NCBI GenBank assembly: GCA_964016885.1
Contig: OZ024741.1
Span: forward strand, 361,460,001-361,524,000
Length of the DNA: 64,000 nucleotides
Source: Eledone cirrhosa
Lineage: Eukaryota
Direction: 5' to 3'
Shown: in pieces, positions 36,921-50,400 of the stretch
Layout: each line of letters opens with the position of its first letter
Position numbering within the stretch: position 1 is the first letter of the stretch
Position numbers and translations under genes: made by a program
Notes under the pieces: model-generated
Seen by the model: only the letters and a program-made list of their open reading frames with translations
What the model was told of the DNA's origin: nothing
The model's database searches: none

Positions 36921-39900
36921 TTTGATAAAATTTAGCTAATGTTTTGACTCAGTAAAAATATTAAAAAAATTGCAAAATTTTAGCATGTTACTATGTTTTG
37001 TTTTCAAGATATCGCATTTCAAAATTTTACAAGAAACCACCTAATTCTGGTTATGGTGAACATACGTACCTATTCCTAGATATCTCAAGTTCTTCATATT
37101 GAATCATATTGAAATTTGGTACCCAACCCATTTTTGGTGTGAGGAATTAAAAAAAGTTATCAAAAATATCATTTTTGAGTTATTTTGAAAGTATTCATAC
37201 AACAACAAATTTGAAATCTTGAGAGTTAACCTACTGATTTAAACATTTTTTCTTGATACTCTACTTCAATAAGGGTCAATTATATACTGAATAAAACATA
37301 TTTTGTTTTACTTTAATCCATGCAAAAACTGTTTTGAGTTCTCTTAAGCTTCATTATATATATATATTAGGTGTTAACCATTAGTTAGTGATTGTAATGA
37401 AAAATGAAAATGAGTAAATTCTACTTTAATATATCGCTAACCTTTTCTTGCTTAATGCGTCATTCACCCTCAAAATGTCCAATTATATTGAAATTACTTG
37501 AGAGTTTTCTATCTAAATTGTCTACTTAACCTATAGTTTAAAACAAGGTAAATTATTGATTCAATGTAAGATTATTTTGAATTCAATACTGATACTTCGA
37601 ATTGAGTAATAATGACACCAATATAACATATCAGTAAATTTATATACAAGTTTGGACAGAAAAACAAAACATAAAGACATATCTCTTCAGGGTGGTGCAG
37701 AAAATTATTTCAAACAAGAATAATATTGGTCAATACAGTCAGTATGATTTGAATCACGGACATCTAGCAAATATTGTTGTGCAGGTGTTGAAGAAAGGGA
37801 TGGTGCTTTGACGAGAGAAATAATATTTGTAATTAGCACTCAGCATACACCTTTACATCTTGGCAATGAAAAAAAATTGTTTGGGTATGAAGGGTGTATA
37901 AATTTCATTAATAAATCTTTGTGATCACTATCAATTTAGACACCATTCCAATCCAGTTCTGTGCATCGTAAATGTATGCAACAAATATCCTGTAATTTTA
38001 TTTTGGGTACATAACTGGCTGCCAAATTAAACTGTTAAGCAAAGCATATATCCTTTGAAACTCTTTCAGTAGCCATGCATGCAGACGACAGTGGAATAAA
38101 TTGGTGAAAACTTTGGATACTTGGAAATGTTTGTGCTTTAGATAACTTTTTCTCTAAAGTCAACCTCATACTTTGTATGATGTCTTTGTTTACAAACATG
38201 AAGTTAATATCACTTATATTTTGTTGGAAAAACTAGAACATATCTAATGTTGAAAGATTTTGTCACTTGATACACATAAACTAGCTTTCACTGTTATTCA
38301 TTTTGTACTGTCACTGATTCCATCACAAACAGAAATCCCATGTCTTGTAGCCAAAAATTCCATATACATTTGATTTGAAAATCTTTAAAGTGGTGACGTA
38401 AATTAAGAAAATGTTTACAGTTTTTGTTCTGAGCAGCACAACAATCTTAAAAGTAATGAATTTTTGTTGATACTATTAGAAATATTGTCTTTAATATAGG
38501 AAATAGGCTCAGACATAACTTTCCACACAAAATACATATGCTGAAGGTCAACTGATAATATATATATAATTGTTTCTACTTTTGGCACAAGGCCAGCAAT
38601 TACCCAGTACATTACTGGTACTTTTTTTATCGACCCCGAAGTGGGTTTAAGTTCAGTGCTGTGTTTATATTAAATAACAATAGAGTGTAATATAAACAAC
38701 TGGTTATTTCAATGGAACCGTTGGATTTCATCTTGCATAATAAAATTGTAATTTTTGACAAATTCACCAAGGAGAATAATTTCATCTTCACTTAAATTCT
38801 TGTTCAAGAATGATAAGTATTTAGCTTGAGATTTGGTAATGTAAGAATGAGCTGTAAAGGTGTGTAACTTTGAATACGGTAGTGCTATATTGCCAAAGTA
38901 GATAATGTTTGTGAAATCAAATCTGCTCTATCAGTACTTATCTATTGCTTAAAAGTTTATAGTAACTTTTCAAATATGTTTCTACAACTGCTACTCCTGG
39001 ACAAGATGTACAATGATAAATCATACAAATACAATTGTTATGGTCACAATCCTGTCAATAAAATCATGATAAATTTTGTCCAGGTTTGAAGCTTGCAACA
39101 TAAGCTTCATATTTTGGTGATGGGTACAAACACATAGAGTGTGTATCAGAGGCTTCTGCAATGATTCACTGCTTCAGCCTCTTCAAGGTCACATAACATG
39201 CTTTGACATGTTACTTTTTTCCAAGACTTATGTAATCCTTTTTACCAAGCATTAGCTGTGAGTATTCATTACAATAAAATTCTTCTACAAGGGTTTTAGT
39301 TTCACTACTCAATCACTTTCCAATATATCCCGTTGTTCCCTCAAAGTCATAATCTTACACATGGCACCCCTGGATACTCCAAATTCCTTGACTACATACA
39401 TTAGTAACCATGATTTTGGGGTTACTGTGAATATTTGAAGCTTTTGAAAGTGTGTTGAAATACTTTTTTTTAATTCATTTCACAAACTAACTGATCAGGA
39501 TCATCAGCTTTTATTTTCAACTTACTGTTTACTTTATTTTCTCTATCACTTTGTAGTTGATGTTTTGGATCTAGCTTCAGCATTGTAGCAACTTTCTTAT
39601 TTACAGCCGCCTCTACTTGTTCCGTTTTTCATTTCCCACAATTTCTCATTTATTATAGCTTGTTAACCCTTTAACATTTACATTACTCTATTGTATTTTC
39701 ATAGTAAAAGCTTTACCTCACATAATTATCTCACAAAATAATCTCACATAATATTGAATCTATGAGATTTTAAGAATTATACCTTAACATCAGTCTGAGT
39801 AGCCAGTTACAGCCAGTTTGAACAGAAAGCAGTGAGAGAATTCTGGCCGGATACGGCCGGTTTAAATGCTAGAGGATTAAACGTTCTTAAATCATCATGC

Positions 39901-40114
39901 AATTTGGGTATGATACAGTACTTTAAGTATATTTATCAGTCCTTCTGAACATAAAATGCAAAATAAAGCTGAACTCCAATAATTAAAAAATAATCTAAAT
40001 ATCTCTTCTAAACTTATCTCAAATTTCATTGAGATGCTGAAATTACATCCATGTAAGCCCAGTGTGCAATATAGAGATATAAGTATTTCTGCATTCAGTT
40101 TTAATCGTCTTCCT
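36920..40114 (-). mobile_element. Decayed DDE DNA transposon, Sola2-like, interrupted by a SINE and a MITE
   Basis: Minus-strand remnants LGEFVKNYNFIMQDEIQRFH (~38720), DCCAAQNKNCKHFLNL (~38430), ATRHGISVCDGI (~38330), SFHQFIP (~38100). Boundaries are approximate; family assignment is from memory of motifs. Confidence 0.75.
39663..39880. mobile_element. piggyBac-type MITE (family also at 42487-42669 and 44593-44820)
   Basis: TTAA-CCCTTTAACATTTA ... TAAATGCTAGAGGA-TTAA; shared internal sequence in three copies. Confidence 0.8.
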
Positions 40115-41964
40115 CTGTATTTTTAAAAAAGAAATGTTAATTGTTGAATAAGGAGTGGTGGGGATCCCACAATGAGAGAGCAATTAACATGTCATGGAGA
40201 TGGTCTTGAAAAGAGTGAGTTGCTCTTGGCAGTATATTGTGAAATGTGTCTGACTTTTCATGGATGCAGGAGTTAGAAGGGATGCAGATTATAAGTGGGG
40301 AGACATCTCATTGTTGGAGAAGGAAGTGCTGGGTCATTGGGTAACCCTGAAGCAAGTGGGTGATATCTGACACACACATATATATATAATGGGGTTTCTC
40401 AAAGTTTCTGTCTACCAAATTCACTGATAATGCATTGGACAACACAAACAATGTGCCTTTGAAACAAATTTTGTTACCACACAACTGTGATGGACTTGTT
40501 TGTATGCAAAGATAGTGTGCATATGTGAAGATACATGTGCTTGTTCATATGCAAAGATACCTACATTTTGTAAGGGGCAGCTAAAAGTGTTGGCACCTAG
40601 AAGGGCATTTGGCTGTAACACATTGCCTCAAAAAGAAACCTATGATCAGTATGAAATCTATCATGGTATCTGCAAAACTAACTCTGGCTTTAGCAGGGGA
40701 AATGGCCTTCTCCCTTTTGTTACCAACCTGGCCAAAACTGGCTCTGGTTCATACACACAAACATTTATACTCATATAGTTAATGTATTGGAAGATCTTAT
40801 AAACAATTGATATTTTTTTAAGCATATCATTTACATGAATGTAAGCTCTAGTTCTATGAAACCAAATTATTCATTTTAAAAGGTTCCTATTTAAATTAAC
40901 ATCTTTCAACATAATTTTATATAAGAACCATATATTAAGTTACTATCATAGTAATGAAATAATAATTTCAGTAAATCTTCCAAACTTCTTCAGTAGTTAA
41001 TTGAAATAGTATATTTCATAGAAATCTTGTCATTTGTAAAGGTACACACACTTTCCTTAATCTCTTTTCATGAAATTTCGGAATTATTTCACAGCAGTAA
41101 TCAACTGATTTTTTTCCATCTCTCAAACTGTCATGTGATTTACTTCATTGTTAGATTGATCTATTATCTTCATATAAAGCTCAAACCTGTCTTTAGAATG
41201 AACAAAGTCCTAACTGCACCTTAGACTGTTGATAGTTTACATATTTCTTTGTGCTGACAGCCAGTTCTGTTGAGATTGATGAGAAACTTTAGGTTAGAAA
41301 GTAAATATCTACCACAGCTGAATTGATGATTTGTAGCCAACCTATTTGAAATGTCACTGCATATCACGATCATCAATTACTAGTACATTGCTTATTGTAA
41401 TAAGTAATATTTGGTTTCTTTACCAAATTGTATCAAATTATGTTTACATGCACACATATTTGTATATGTGTCTGTGTCCTTATATATATATAATGTAGAA
41501 CACACACACACACACATATATATGTCTATATATAACACACACACACATATATATACCTATGCCGAGACAGAGAGACAGACAACTGTTTGCATGAATGAAA
41601 TAATTGAAAAAAATATTTATCTCCCATATTTTTGTCTTACCTTTTTAACTGATTTCATGAATTCTAGATAATGAAAAAACAAAAAAAAAATAAATAATAA
41701 TTTTGTGAAATTCTAGAGTTTGTGTGACACAGACAAAACAATCCTTATATAGATTGCATTTTTACTCATTTTGTATACATTAATTAATTTTGAAGGACGA
41801 TACTCTGTAAATATCTTAAATTTGATTCTTTTGTTTCTAAAAACAAACTCCATTTTTAATACGGATGTTGCAATTCATCCTAAATAATCATAAATCTTTT
41901 GTTTTCCTCCTTCAGGTAATCATTTTTTCTCAAGTGTGGTCGGATAACACAGAAAGCTGCCAAG

Positions 41965-42066
41965 ATGATGTGGCATGAAGCTCGAAAGCAGGAGCGGAAG
42001 ATCCGAGGTTTAATGGTGGATTATAAAAAAAGAGCTGAAAGGAGACGGGAATATTATGAAAAAATT
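41965..42066 (+). CDS. CLASRP: First coding exon of CLK4-associating serine/arginine-rich protein (SFRS16)
   Basis: (M)MWHEARKQERKIRGLMVDYKKRAERRREYYEKI, nearly identical to the known CLASRP N-terminus; polypyrimidine-CAG acceptor at 41915; GTAAGT donor at 42067 (phase 0). Confidence 0.93.
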
Positions 42067-42187
42067 GTAAGTTGCATTTGTCTAGTTTTTCAAAAAGAAA
42101 AAAAAAACAAAAACATCTTTTTTAAAGAATTTGTTAGAAATTGATTTTTCCTCATGTTTGAAGTTTTAATTTTAGTTTTCTTGGCAG

Positions 42188-43598
42188 TTAACCCTTTTAA
42201 TACCAAACCACTTGAAACTGCTCATAGTTCTGATTTTAAGCTGTTTATTTTTTAATGTCTGACTGAAATCAATAAATGAGTAAAATAATAATTCTATACT
42301 CTGAACAACAGCTTAATAATGAGAAATATTACTAATTACTAAATACCTTCAAATTATTAATTATTTAAAAATTTATAGGTAGTGTCTTTCATTATGTTAA
42401 TAAAAGGGTAAATTTTATTGTTTAACTCTTTCAATACCTGAAATAACAATTGCCTGAAACAACCCTAAGTTCTATGATACAAAACTGTTTAGCATTTACA
42501 TTACTCTATATATACTATTGCATTTTCATGGTAACGGCTTTACCTCACATAATATCGAATCAATGAGATTTTGATAACAATACCTTAACATGAGTATGAG
42601 TGGCCAGTTTGAGCAGAAAGAGGAGACAGAAATCTGGCTGGATACAGCCGGTTTAAATGTTAAAGGGTTTATATTTATCTAAAAACCTTCCATTATTTTA
42701 TGTAAGAACCTTTCAACTTGAGTGCCAAACACTTACTTAATAATGAGAAAGTTACCTCAATGGTTAGAGCCCTCAGCTGGTATCTGAGAGAAATGAAGTT
42801 CAATTCTTTATAGTGGCTGCTGGCCACTATTTTCCATCTATGGTTTTTTTTAGTTTTTTTTTTTAAACCCAATTTTCTAAGGTATTTATAGCAACCAACT
42901 ATTTACAGTTATTTTTTGCATTTGAAATTCCTAAATTTTCTCTGAATGATATTTTACTAAATTCTTCCAAATTCTTGATTACTTTCAAAATGATTTGAAA
43001 GTAACAGGTAATGTCTTTCATTAAAAATATGATAATGAAAAAGTTAATGGTTAATGTTTCTCCATGATGACGTGTAATATTGATCTACAACACAACACAT
43101 TATCATTCCTTTTGAGCAATATCATAGTAGCCTTATATCTAACCTTACCTCTTATGATTTCCTTGGTCTTAACCCTTTTGTTACCTTATTCCTAATAAAA
43201 GACATTGCCCATGATTTTCAAATAGTTTTTTAAAATAATCAAGAATTTGGAGGGATTTAGTAATATAACTAACTTTATGGATTACAGAATTGTTAAAGCA
43301 TCAGACAATTGCTTAACAGTATTTGTTCTGGCTCTTTATGTTCTGAATTCAAATACCGCTGAGGTCAACTTTTCCTTTCATTCTTCTGAAGTCCTTAAAA
43401 TAAAGTACCAGTCAAGAATTGGGATCAATGTAATCGATTTTTCCTTCCCCTAAAATTACTGGTCTTATGCCAAAATTAAAAATCATAATTAAGCTGGTGT
43501 TTCAACCATAAATTATGATGTGAGGTATTTTAGATAAATATAAACACTTTGGAATAAACAACTTTATATCATAGAACCAGTGGTATCAAAAGGGTTAA
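42188..43598. mobile_element. Cluster of nested TTAA/CCCT piggyBac-type MITEs and SINE in CLASRP intron
   Basis: ttaaccctttt..aaaagggtaa (42188-42411), 42422-43025, ttaacccttttg..caaaagggttaa (43168-43598). Confidence 0.7.
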
Positions 43599-45282
43599 TC
43601 TTTACCATCATTACTTATGCCAGCAAATAACCACATAGCACTTTGTAGTTGTTATCTACATACATAGCATATCAATAGCATATCAATATCAATGAGTAAC
43701 CAGCTTTCCTACAGCACATCAACTATGCCCAGCCAGGCTTCTTATCTCACTTTGTGTTCTGCCTTTAATATTTCTTGCACATTCCATGGATCTTACTTAA
43801 CTCATTTCTTTTAAGCCTCTGCAAATCTCCCACATTCCATCTTCAGTATTAACTCGTATGTAGACAGGGAGCAAGTTCAAATCCCATCGAGGTCAACTTT
43901 GCCTTTCATTCTTTCCAAGTTGATATAGTATCAGTTTAGTACTGGGATTGGTTCTTCCTCTATCTCTATTACTTTCTTTGGAAGAAATCAGTAATGTTCC
44001 AACCTGGAGAGGGATAGGCTCTGCCAGATTTAAATGTGTTAAGACAGTGCCTCTACGACTCCAGGAATTAAGGACCCTTTACTTTTTTTATGCGTATTTA
44101 TGTTTTGCTTATCAATATGAGAAAGCTCACTATTTAGGAAATTTCTAGTCTGTATGGATGATTATCATTATATTCAGTTTATATATTCCTAATAAGGAAG
44201 TTATGATCCCACTGCATGTCATCTTGTACTTATGTCTATTAGCATAACCCTGTAAATGAAATTTGGTTGGCAGAAACTGTGTGGAAGCCTATTGGATGGA
44301 TTGTACCTGTAATCCAAAGGTCCAACCTTGTTACATTGTAGTATCTCAAAGATTTTTGCCTAATAACTATGTTATGGGTGTACATATCTATGGAATTCCC
44401 AGCTACTTGCACTTTATTTTAAAGAATAGGACATTCACTTGATTGACCACCTATATGCTCATCTTCAAAACAGACAGAGAATCTATCATCATTATCCATT
44501 TGTAGTATATTTGACAGAAGTTTTAGATGTTTCTGTAAAATGTTAAGATTTAATTTATTTTTACCTTCTGGAAACAATCAGTTAAATTTGAATTAACCCT
44601 TAAGAATTTACATTACTCTATATATACTATTCTATTTTTGTGGTAAAGGCTTTATCTTACATAATTATCTCACATAATATCGAATCTACGAGATTGTGAT
44701 ATTAATTATTTTTAGAACAATACCTTAACGTCAGTACGTGTAGTCAATTACAGCCGGTTTAAACAGAAGTAAGTGAGAGAATTCTGGCCAGATATGGCCA
44801 ATTTAAATGCTAAAGGGTGAAGGGAGTTATTAGAGTATTGGATTAAATGCATTAGTACATATTTTGGCTCCCTGCACTCAGAATTAAAACCCTACTGAAG
44901 TCAACTTTGCACTTCACCCTGCCAGGATTGATAAACAAAGTATCAATCCAGTGGTGGTGGATTGGTGAAATTGTTAGAGTTGAGTGGGTTCAGATTCTGC
45001 TTTTTGGTCACAGGAAAAGCAGTGACACTTCTGCCAGGCGTTGCGGCCATCAGGTAGTATCAGCAATGGAAAGACAAATGGAAACTTAGTTTCTTTAGTC
45101 TGTTCTGGTCACAAAAGAGTTAATGTGTTGATGGACCATTTTTAGCCTTTTATTTCATTAATATTGGTTTGTTTGTTATTACTGTTAGCTGTGTGTTTAT
45201 TTATATTTATCCATATTATATATTTGAGGGTTATGTATTGTTTTTATTTACCATTTCATTCACACTAATCAAAATCAGCAAA

Positions 45283-45460
45283 TAATTTCTACTATAGGCA
45301 CAAGGCTAGCAATTTTGGGGGATGGGGAAGTTGATTAAATCGACCCCAGTGCATTACTGGTACTTTATTTTATCGACTCCTGTAAGGATAAAAGGCAAAG
45401 TTAACCTCGGTTAGATTTGAAGTCAGAACATAAAGGGCCGTAACTCTATGCTTTAAAGCA
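45283..45460 (-). mobile_element. SINE copy
   Basis: atttctactataggcacaaggc..aaatcgaccccagtgcattactggtactttattttatcgac..aaaggcaaagttaacctcgg..tttgaa. Confidence 0.8.
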
Positions 45461-47388
45461 TGGTATAATGTTCATATATTTTCATCTATGTTTTAGACCA
45501 TACAGTATTACATCATTATTAACATCATTTGACCATTTTTCCATGATGGTATGAGTTGAATCGGTCATTAGAAACCAATTCAATGCTTAATTGAATCTAC
45601 TGTTCACCTATAGATGAAGGTGCACAACCCAGTGGTTAGAGTGTTGGACTCATAATAATAAGACTTTGCGTTCTTGAACAAGAGACTTCGTTTCATTTTT
45701 CTCCAGTTCATTTAGCTGAAAAAGAAAAGAAAATGTGTATCAGCAGCAACTGGGGTTAATTCCTGCAATAGACTGGTAGGAGGGAGTCTTTTCATAGTAG
45801 GTCTGGGGCTCCTATCATTAAAACACCCAAGAAACCTTCTATAAGATGAAACCTCATATAAAGCCAGCTAAACATAGGTGTGAGCTGTAACATTAACTAT
45901 CCTCCTTTTCAATGCATTTCATTTTTTGGCATGGTTTCTATCACTAGATGCCCTTTTTAATGCCAACCACTTGACAGCGATCTGCCATCTTTGAAATTTA
46001 ATTTTGCTACAGACAAATTCCATTTGTTATTATTTGCAGTAATATTCTTTTTCATTGAAATGAAGCAGTAATTTGAATAACACAGCTAACTACATTGTTA
46101 AAGATAATAGAATTTTATTCTTACAATTATTCTAATACTGGCTCCACCTACTTAAAAACATTTTGTATTTCATATTACGATGTTTGCAATTCTTGGATTA
46201 CATAACCTATAAACAATTTCAGCAATATTTACTTTTTTATGTTTGTTTTTGCAGTACAAGTGTCTGAGAGGTTTCTTGAAATTTAGAAACACTTATAATA
46301 TCAGACACTTTCATTTTGCAACATGAAGAAAAAATAATCAAATATATAAATATCTTAGATGAGTTAATAATAATTGTTAATAATAATTGTTTAAACAATT
46401 AACCTCACTTTTACACTAGCATCATCATCACATCTGTTTCTTCATGCCTGTATGAGTTAGATGAGTCCTCTCCAGAACAGCTGATCTCCACTAGTTTTTT
46501 TCTTTTATCATTTCCTTTGTGAGGAGTGAAGATACATTGCCTAGTGGTTACGATGTTGGATTTATGATCTTAGGTTATGGGGTTGATTTTTTTAGATTCT
46601 TTAAAATAGGTGGTTTTGTTTCATAGAATCAGAGCCAGTTTTTGCCTGGGTTGGCATCACAAGGATTTATTGGTGTATAGCAGAATCGGTAGAGTGGTGA
46701 GCAGAATACCTTGTGGTATTTGGTTATGTTCCTTTATATTCTATGTTTTAATCCTGCCCCGTGTCACTGTGCCTTTTCATCTTTCCTAAAGCAAGAAAAA
46801 TAAGTATTGTGGTTGATGTATTTGGCTATATTGGAGGTGGCATTGTTGTTGCATGGTCACAGTCCAATTATTGAAATGAGTTAGAGAGAGATTCATTCTC
46901 TTACTTTCAGTAATTGGAATATGGTCATGCAACAATGGGGCCACCTTAAATATATGAAAGACTAAGAGATCCTTAAAACCCTTTGTGAAGAGTGAAGACA
47001 CTGCCTATGATTTTCAAACCATCTAAAAATAATGAAGAAAGATTCAATGGTTAGATCAGAATAAGGAAACAATGTTTCCATTGGTCTTTCTATTGCTGAC
47101 ACTAACTGTACTGTTTAACTCTTAACATACCGAGATGATTCAACAAAAAATATTTAAAAACCAGACTGTTAATTCTTATGTTTATATCTTTACTAGTGAA
47201 CGGGGCATTGCAAACATTTGCAATACATGAAAAACTTCAATTTCTAATGTGAAGCAGTCATAGGGCTTTTTTTATACTTCTCAAGAATGTCTTGATAATG
47301 CAGTTTCATATGGTACAGGATTTAAGAGTTAAAATCATTGTCTAAAATTGATTATATATATGTATACATGTGTGTCCATATATATATA

Positions 47389-47475
47389 TCATCATCATCA
47401 TCACCGTTTTACTTGTTCTTCCATGTTAGCATGGGTTAGGAGGGTTGTCCTGTTGTGGCCAGTGCCCGGTCGGCT
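47389..47475 (-). mobile_element. RTE-family 3' tail fragment running directly into the satellite
   Basis: (CAT)n..ttccatgttagcatgggttag matches 5938-5995. Confidence 0.8.
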
Positions 47476-50400
47476 GATGGTTGTTATGGTGTTAGATGGT
47501 TGTTATGGTGTTAGATGGTTGTTATGGTGTTAGATGGTTGTTATGGTGTTAGATGGTTGTTATGGTGTTAGATGGTTGTTATGGTGTTAGATGGTTGTTA
47601 TGGTGTTAGATGGTTGTTACAGTGTTAGATGGTTGTTACAGTGTTAGATGGTTGTTATGGTATTAGATGGTTGTTATGGTGTTAGATGGTTGTTACAGTG
47701 TTAGATGGTTGTTATGGTGTTAGATGGTTGTTATGGTGTTAGATGGTTGTTATGGTGTTAGATGGTTGTTATGGTGTTAGATGGTTGTTACAGTGTTAGA
47801 TGGTTGTTACAGTGTTAGATGGTTGTTATGGTATTAGATGGTTGTTATGGTGTTAGATGGTTGTTACAGTGTTAGATGGTTGTTATGGTGTTAGATGGTT
47901 GTTATGGTGTTAGATGGTTGTTATGGTGTTAGATGGTTGTTACAGTGTTAGATGGTTGTTATGGTGTTAGATGGTTGTTCAGTATTAGATGGTTGTTACA
48001 GTGTTAGATGGTTGTTATGGTGTTATATGGTTGTTATGGTGTTAGATGGTTGTTATGGTATTACATGGTTGTTATGGTGTTAGATGGTTGTTATGGTGTT
48101 AGATGGTTGTTACAGTGTTAGATGGTTGTTATGGTGTTAGATGGTTGTTACGGTGTTAGATGGTTGTTATGGTGTTAGATGGTTGTATGGTATTAGATGG
48201 TTGTTTCAGTGTTAGATGGTTGTTATGGTGTTAGATGGTTGTTACAGTGTTAGATGGTTGTTATGGTATTAGATGGTTGTTATGGTGTTAGATGGTTGTT
48301 ACAGTGTTAGATGGTTGTTATGGTGTTAGATGGTTGTTATGGTGTTAGATGGTTGTTACAGTGTTAGATGGTTGTTACAGTGTTAGATGGTTGTTATGGT
48401 GTTAGATGGTTGTTATGGTATTACATGGTTGTTATGGTGTTAGATGGTTGTTATAGTGTTAGATGGTTGTTATGGTGTTAGATGGTTGTTACAGTGTTAG
48501 ATGGTTGTTATGGTGTTAGATGGTTGTTATGGTGTTAGATGGTTGTTCTGGTGTTAGGTGGTTGTAATGGTGTTAAATTGTTGTTACGGTGTTAGATGGT
48601 TGTTATGGTGTTAGATGGTTGTTATGGTATTAGATGGTTGTTTCAGTGTTAGATGGTTGTTATGTTGTATATGGTTGTTATGGTGTTAGATGGTTGTTAT
48701 GGTGTTAGATGGTTGTTATGGTGTTAGATGGTTGTTATGGTGTTAGATGGTTGTTATGGTGTTAGATGGTTGTTATGGTGTTAGATGGTTGTTACGGTGT
48801 TAGATGGTTGTTATGGTGTTAGATGGTTGTTATGGTGTTAGATGGTTGTTATTGTGTTAGATGGTTGTTATGGTGTTAGATGGTTGTTATGGTGTTAGAT
48901 GGTTGTTATGGTGTTAGATGGTTGTTACAGTGTTAGATGGTTGTTATGGTGTTAGATGGTTGTTATGGTGTTAGATCGTTGCTATGGTGTTAGATAGTTG
49001 TTACAGTGTTAGATGGTTGTTATGGTGTTAGATGGTTGTTATGGTGTTAGATGGTTGTTACAGTGTTAGATGGTTGTTATGGTGTTATATGGTTGTCATG
49101 GTGTCGCATTGTTGTTATGGTGTTACATGGTTGTTATGGTGTGAGATGGTTGCTATGGTGTTATATGGTTGTTATGGTGTCACATGGTTGTTATGGTGTT
49201 AGATGGTTGTTATAGTTTTAGATGCTTGTTACAGTGTTAGATGGTTGTTACGGTATTAGATGGTTGTTACAGTGTTAGATGGTTGCTAAGGTGTTAAATC
49301 GTTGTTATGGTGTTATATGGTTGTTCTGGTGTTAGATGGTTGTTTCAGTGTTAAATGGTTGTTATGGTGTTAGATGGTTGTTACAGTGTTAGATGGTTGT
49401 TATGGTGTTAGATGGTTGTTATGGTGTTAGATGGTTGTTATGGTGTTAGATGGTTGTTATGCTGTTAGATGGTTGCTATGTTGTATATGGTTGTTATGGT
49501 GTTACATGGTTTTTATGGTGTTAGATGGTTGTTATGGTGTTAGATGGTTGTTATGGTGTTAGATGGTTGTTACAGGGTTAGATGGTTGTTATGGTGTTAA
49601 ATGGTTGTTATGGTGTTAGATGGTTGCTATGGTGTTATATGGTTGTTATGGTGTTAGATGGTTCTTATGGTGTTAGATTGTTGTTATGGTGTTGGATGGT
49701 TGTTATGGTGTTAGATGGTTACCATGTTATATGGTTGTTATGGTGTTAGATGCTTGTTATGGTGTTAGATGGTTGTTACAGTTTTAGATGGTTGTTATGG
49801 TGTTAGATGGTTGTTACAGTGTTAGATCGTTGTTATGGTGTTATATGGTTGTTATGGTGTTAGATGGTTGTTGCAGTGTTAGATGGTTGCTATGGTGTTA
49901 GATGGTTGTTATGGTGTTAGATGGTGGTTATGGTGTTAGATGGTTGTTACAGTGTTAGATGGTTGTTATGGTGTTATATGGTTGTTATGGTATTAGATTG
50001 TTGTTATTGTGTTAGATGGTTATTTCAGCGTTACATGGTTGTTATGGTGTTAGATGGTTGTTACAGTGTTAGATGGTTGTTATGGTGTTATATGGTCGTT
50101 ATGGTGTTAGATGGTTGTTATGGTGTGAGATGGTTGTTATGGTGTGAGATGGTTGTTATGGTGTTAGATGGTTGTTATGGTGTTACATGGTTTTTATGGT
50201 GTTAGATGGTTGTTATGGTGTTAGATGGTTGTTATGGTGTTAGATGGTTGTTATGGTGTTATATGGTTGTTATGGTGTTACATGGTTTTTATGGTGTTAC
50301 ATGGTTGTTACAGAGTTAGATGGTTGTTATGGTGTTAGATGGTTGCTATGTTGTATATGGTTGTTATGGTGTTAGATGGTTGTTATGGTGTTAGATGGTT

